From assembly GCF_026153455.1 (NCBI RefSeq), contig NZ_CP110629.1, forward strand, positions 4,042,217 through 4,066,216: a stretch of 24,000 nucleotides of DNA, in the 5' to 3' direction. Position 1 is the first letter of the stretch; every line of letters starts with the position of its first letter. Below are positions 23,520-24,000 of the stretch, piece by piece. Below the pieces are notes generated by a model, which saw only the letters and a program-made list of their open reading frames with translations, was not told the origin of the DNA and did not search any database. A program made the position numbers and the translations under genes. The DNA comes from Marinimicrobium sp. C6131. Its GTDB lineage: Bacteria; Pseudomonadota; Gammaproteobacteria; Pseudomonadales; Cellvibrionaceae.

Positions 23520-24000
23520 ATGGCTAAGGACGATGACAGAACAACGCGTTATCAGGAAGGAAGTTTGACATTATCGGGTACGGTCATGCTGGGTACCGGT
23601 GTCATGATTGGCGCCGGTATCTTTGCGCTTACCGGGCAGATGGCGCAGATGACCGGCGTCCTTTTCCCGTTGGCGTTCCTGGCCGCCGCCGTCATCGTCA
23701 GCTTCAGCGCCTATTCGTACATCAAGATTTCCAATGCCTACCCGTCCGCCGGTGGCATTGGCATGTATTTGCACAAGGCCTATGGCAATCGCTTGCCAAC
23801 AGCGTTCAATGCTCTGCTGATGTATTTTTCCATGGTGATCGCTCAGAGCTTTCTTGCCCGCACTTTTGGTTCCTACACCATGCAGCTCTTCGGTGGAGAT
23901 GAGAGCGGTATGATGGTGCCTATTTTGGGCGTATCACTTATTCTTGCAGCCTTTCTGATTAACCTTTCCAGTAATAGGCTGATCCAGGGCGTAGCTTCTT
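23520..24000 (+). CDS. APC-superfamily amino acid/polyamine permease (5' part, runs off the right edge)
   Basis: ATG at 23520 with GGAGG upstream, and open to the window end. LSGTVMLGTGVMIGAGIFALTGQMAQ..FSAYSYIKISNAYPSAGGIGMYL is the TM1-TM3 signature region of APC permeases. It is absent from the ORF track because it has no stop. Confidence 0.8.
   Translation, partial: MAKDDDRTTRYQEGSLTLSGTVMLGTGVMIGAGIFALTGQMAQMTGVLFPLAFLAAAVIVSFSAYSYIKISNAYPSAGGIGMYLHKAYGNRLPTAFNALLMYFSMVIAQSFLARTFGSYTMQLFGGDESGMMVPILGVSLILAAFLINLSSNRLIQGVAS

Noticed and set aside
23571-23774. 67-aa minus-strand ORF
   Set aside because: It is antisense within the APC permease gene, whose TM-helix pattern is clear on the plus strand.
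1-24000. Search for CRISPR arrays, rRNA, intact tRNA, IS elements/transposases and long terminal inverted repeats
   Set aside because: I saw no regularly spaced direct repeats with unique spacers, no rRNA-like or cloverleaf sequences, and no transposase-like ORFs. The only repeats are the short coding and regulatory ones listed as features.

Overview
This is 24 kb of GC-rich proteobacterial chromosome, probably from a marine gammaproteobacterium, though the taxon cannot be fixed from sequence alone. It has a mosaic accessory core.

**Left, 1-4577.** Two exported hyper-acidic proteins: one is partial, and the other is a 568-aa lipoprotein built from DUF5666-like repeats with a poly-Asp tail. 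They are followed by a periplasmic orphan and a divergently transcribed membrane-anchored P-loop GTPase.

**Accessory tract, from 3 bp after the GTPase stop.** In order:
- yefM-yoeB with a TGTACA-type operator
- an orphan terminator
- the decayed 3' third of a P4/CP4-57-type integrase
- an AT-rich orphan gene with a C-terminal RHH-like segment
- alpA
- an AHH/HNH-like nuclease with no delivery domain, overlapped by an Imm11(DUF1629)-like immunity gene
- a 344-nt hairpin-dense spacer
- an inovirus-Gp2/YfjJ-family gene with an HUH-like motif
- a 173-aa unknown gene

That last gene recurs as a short fragment (17085-17171) and as a stop- and frameshift-bearing pseudogene (17300-17734). The copies bracket a ~7-kb block holding pldA, a large MscS-family channel, a membrane protein, two TetR-like regulators and a GyrI-like protein.

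**Right, 17741-24000.** copRS, a perfect palindromic cop box and a cop operon (Met/His/Asp-rich periplasmic protein, cytochrome c, copA, copB), then the 5' part of an APC permease.

I recognised no rRNA, tRNA, CRISPR array or transposase.

The best novelty candidates are the toxin/immunity + structured spacer + Gp2 module of the degraded island, and the triplicated unknown gene that marks serial recombination. All family calls come from by-eye motif recognition and need HMM or structure confirmation.
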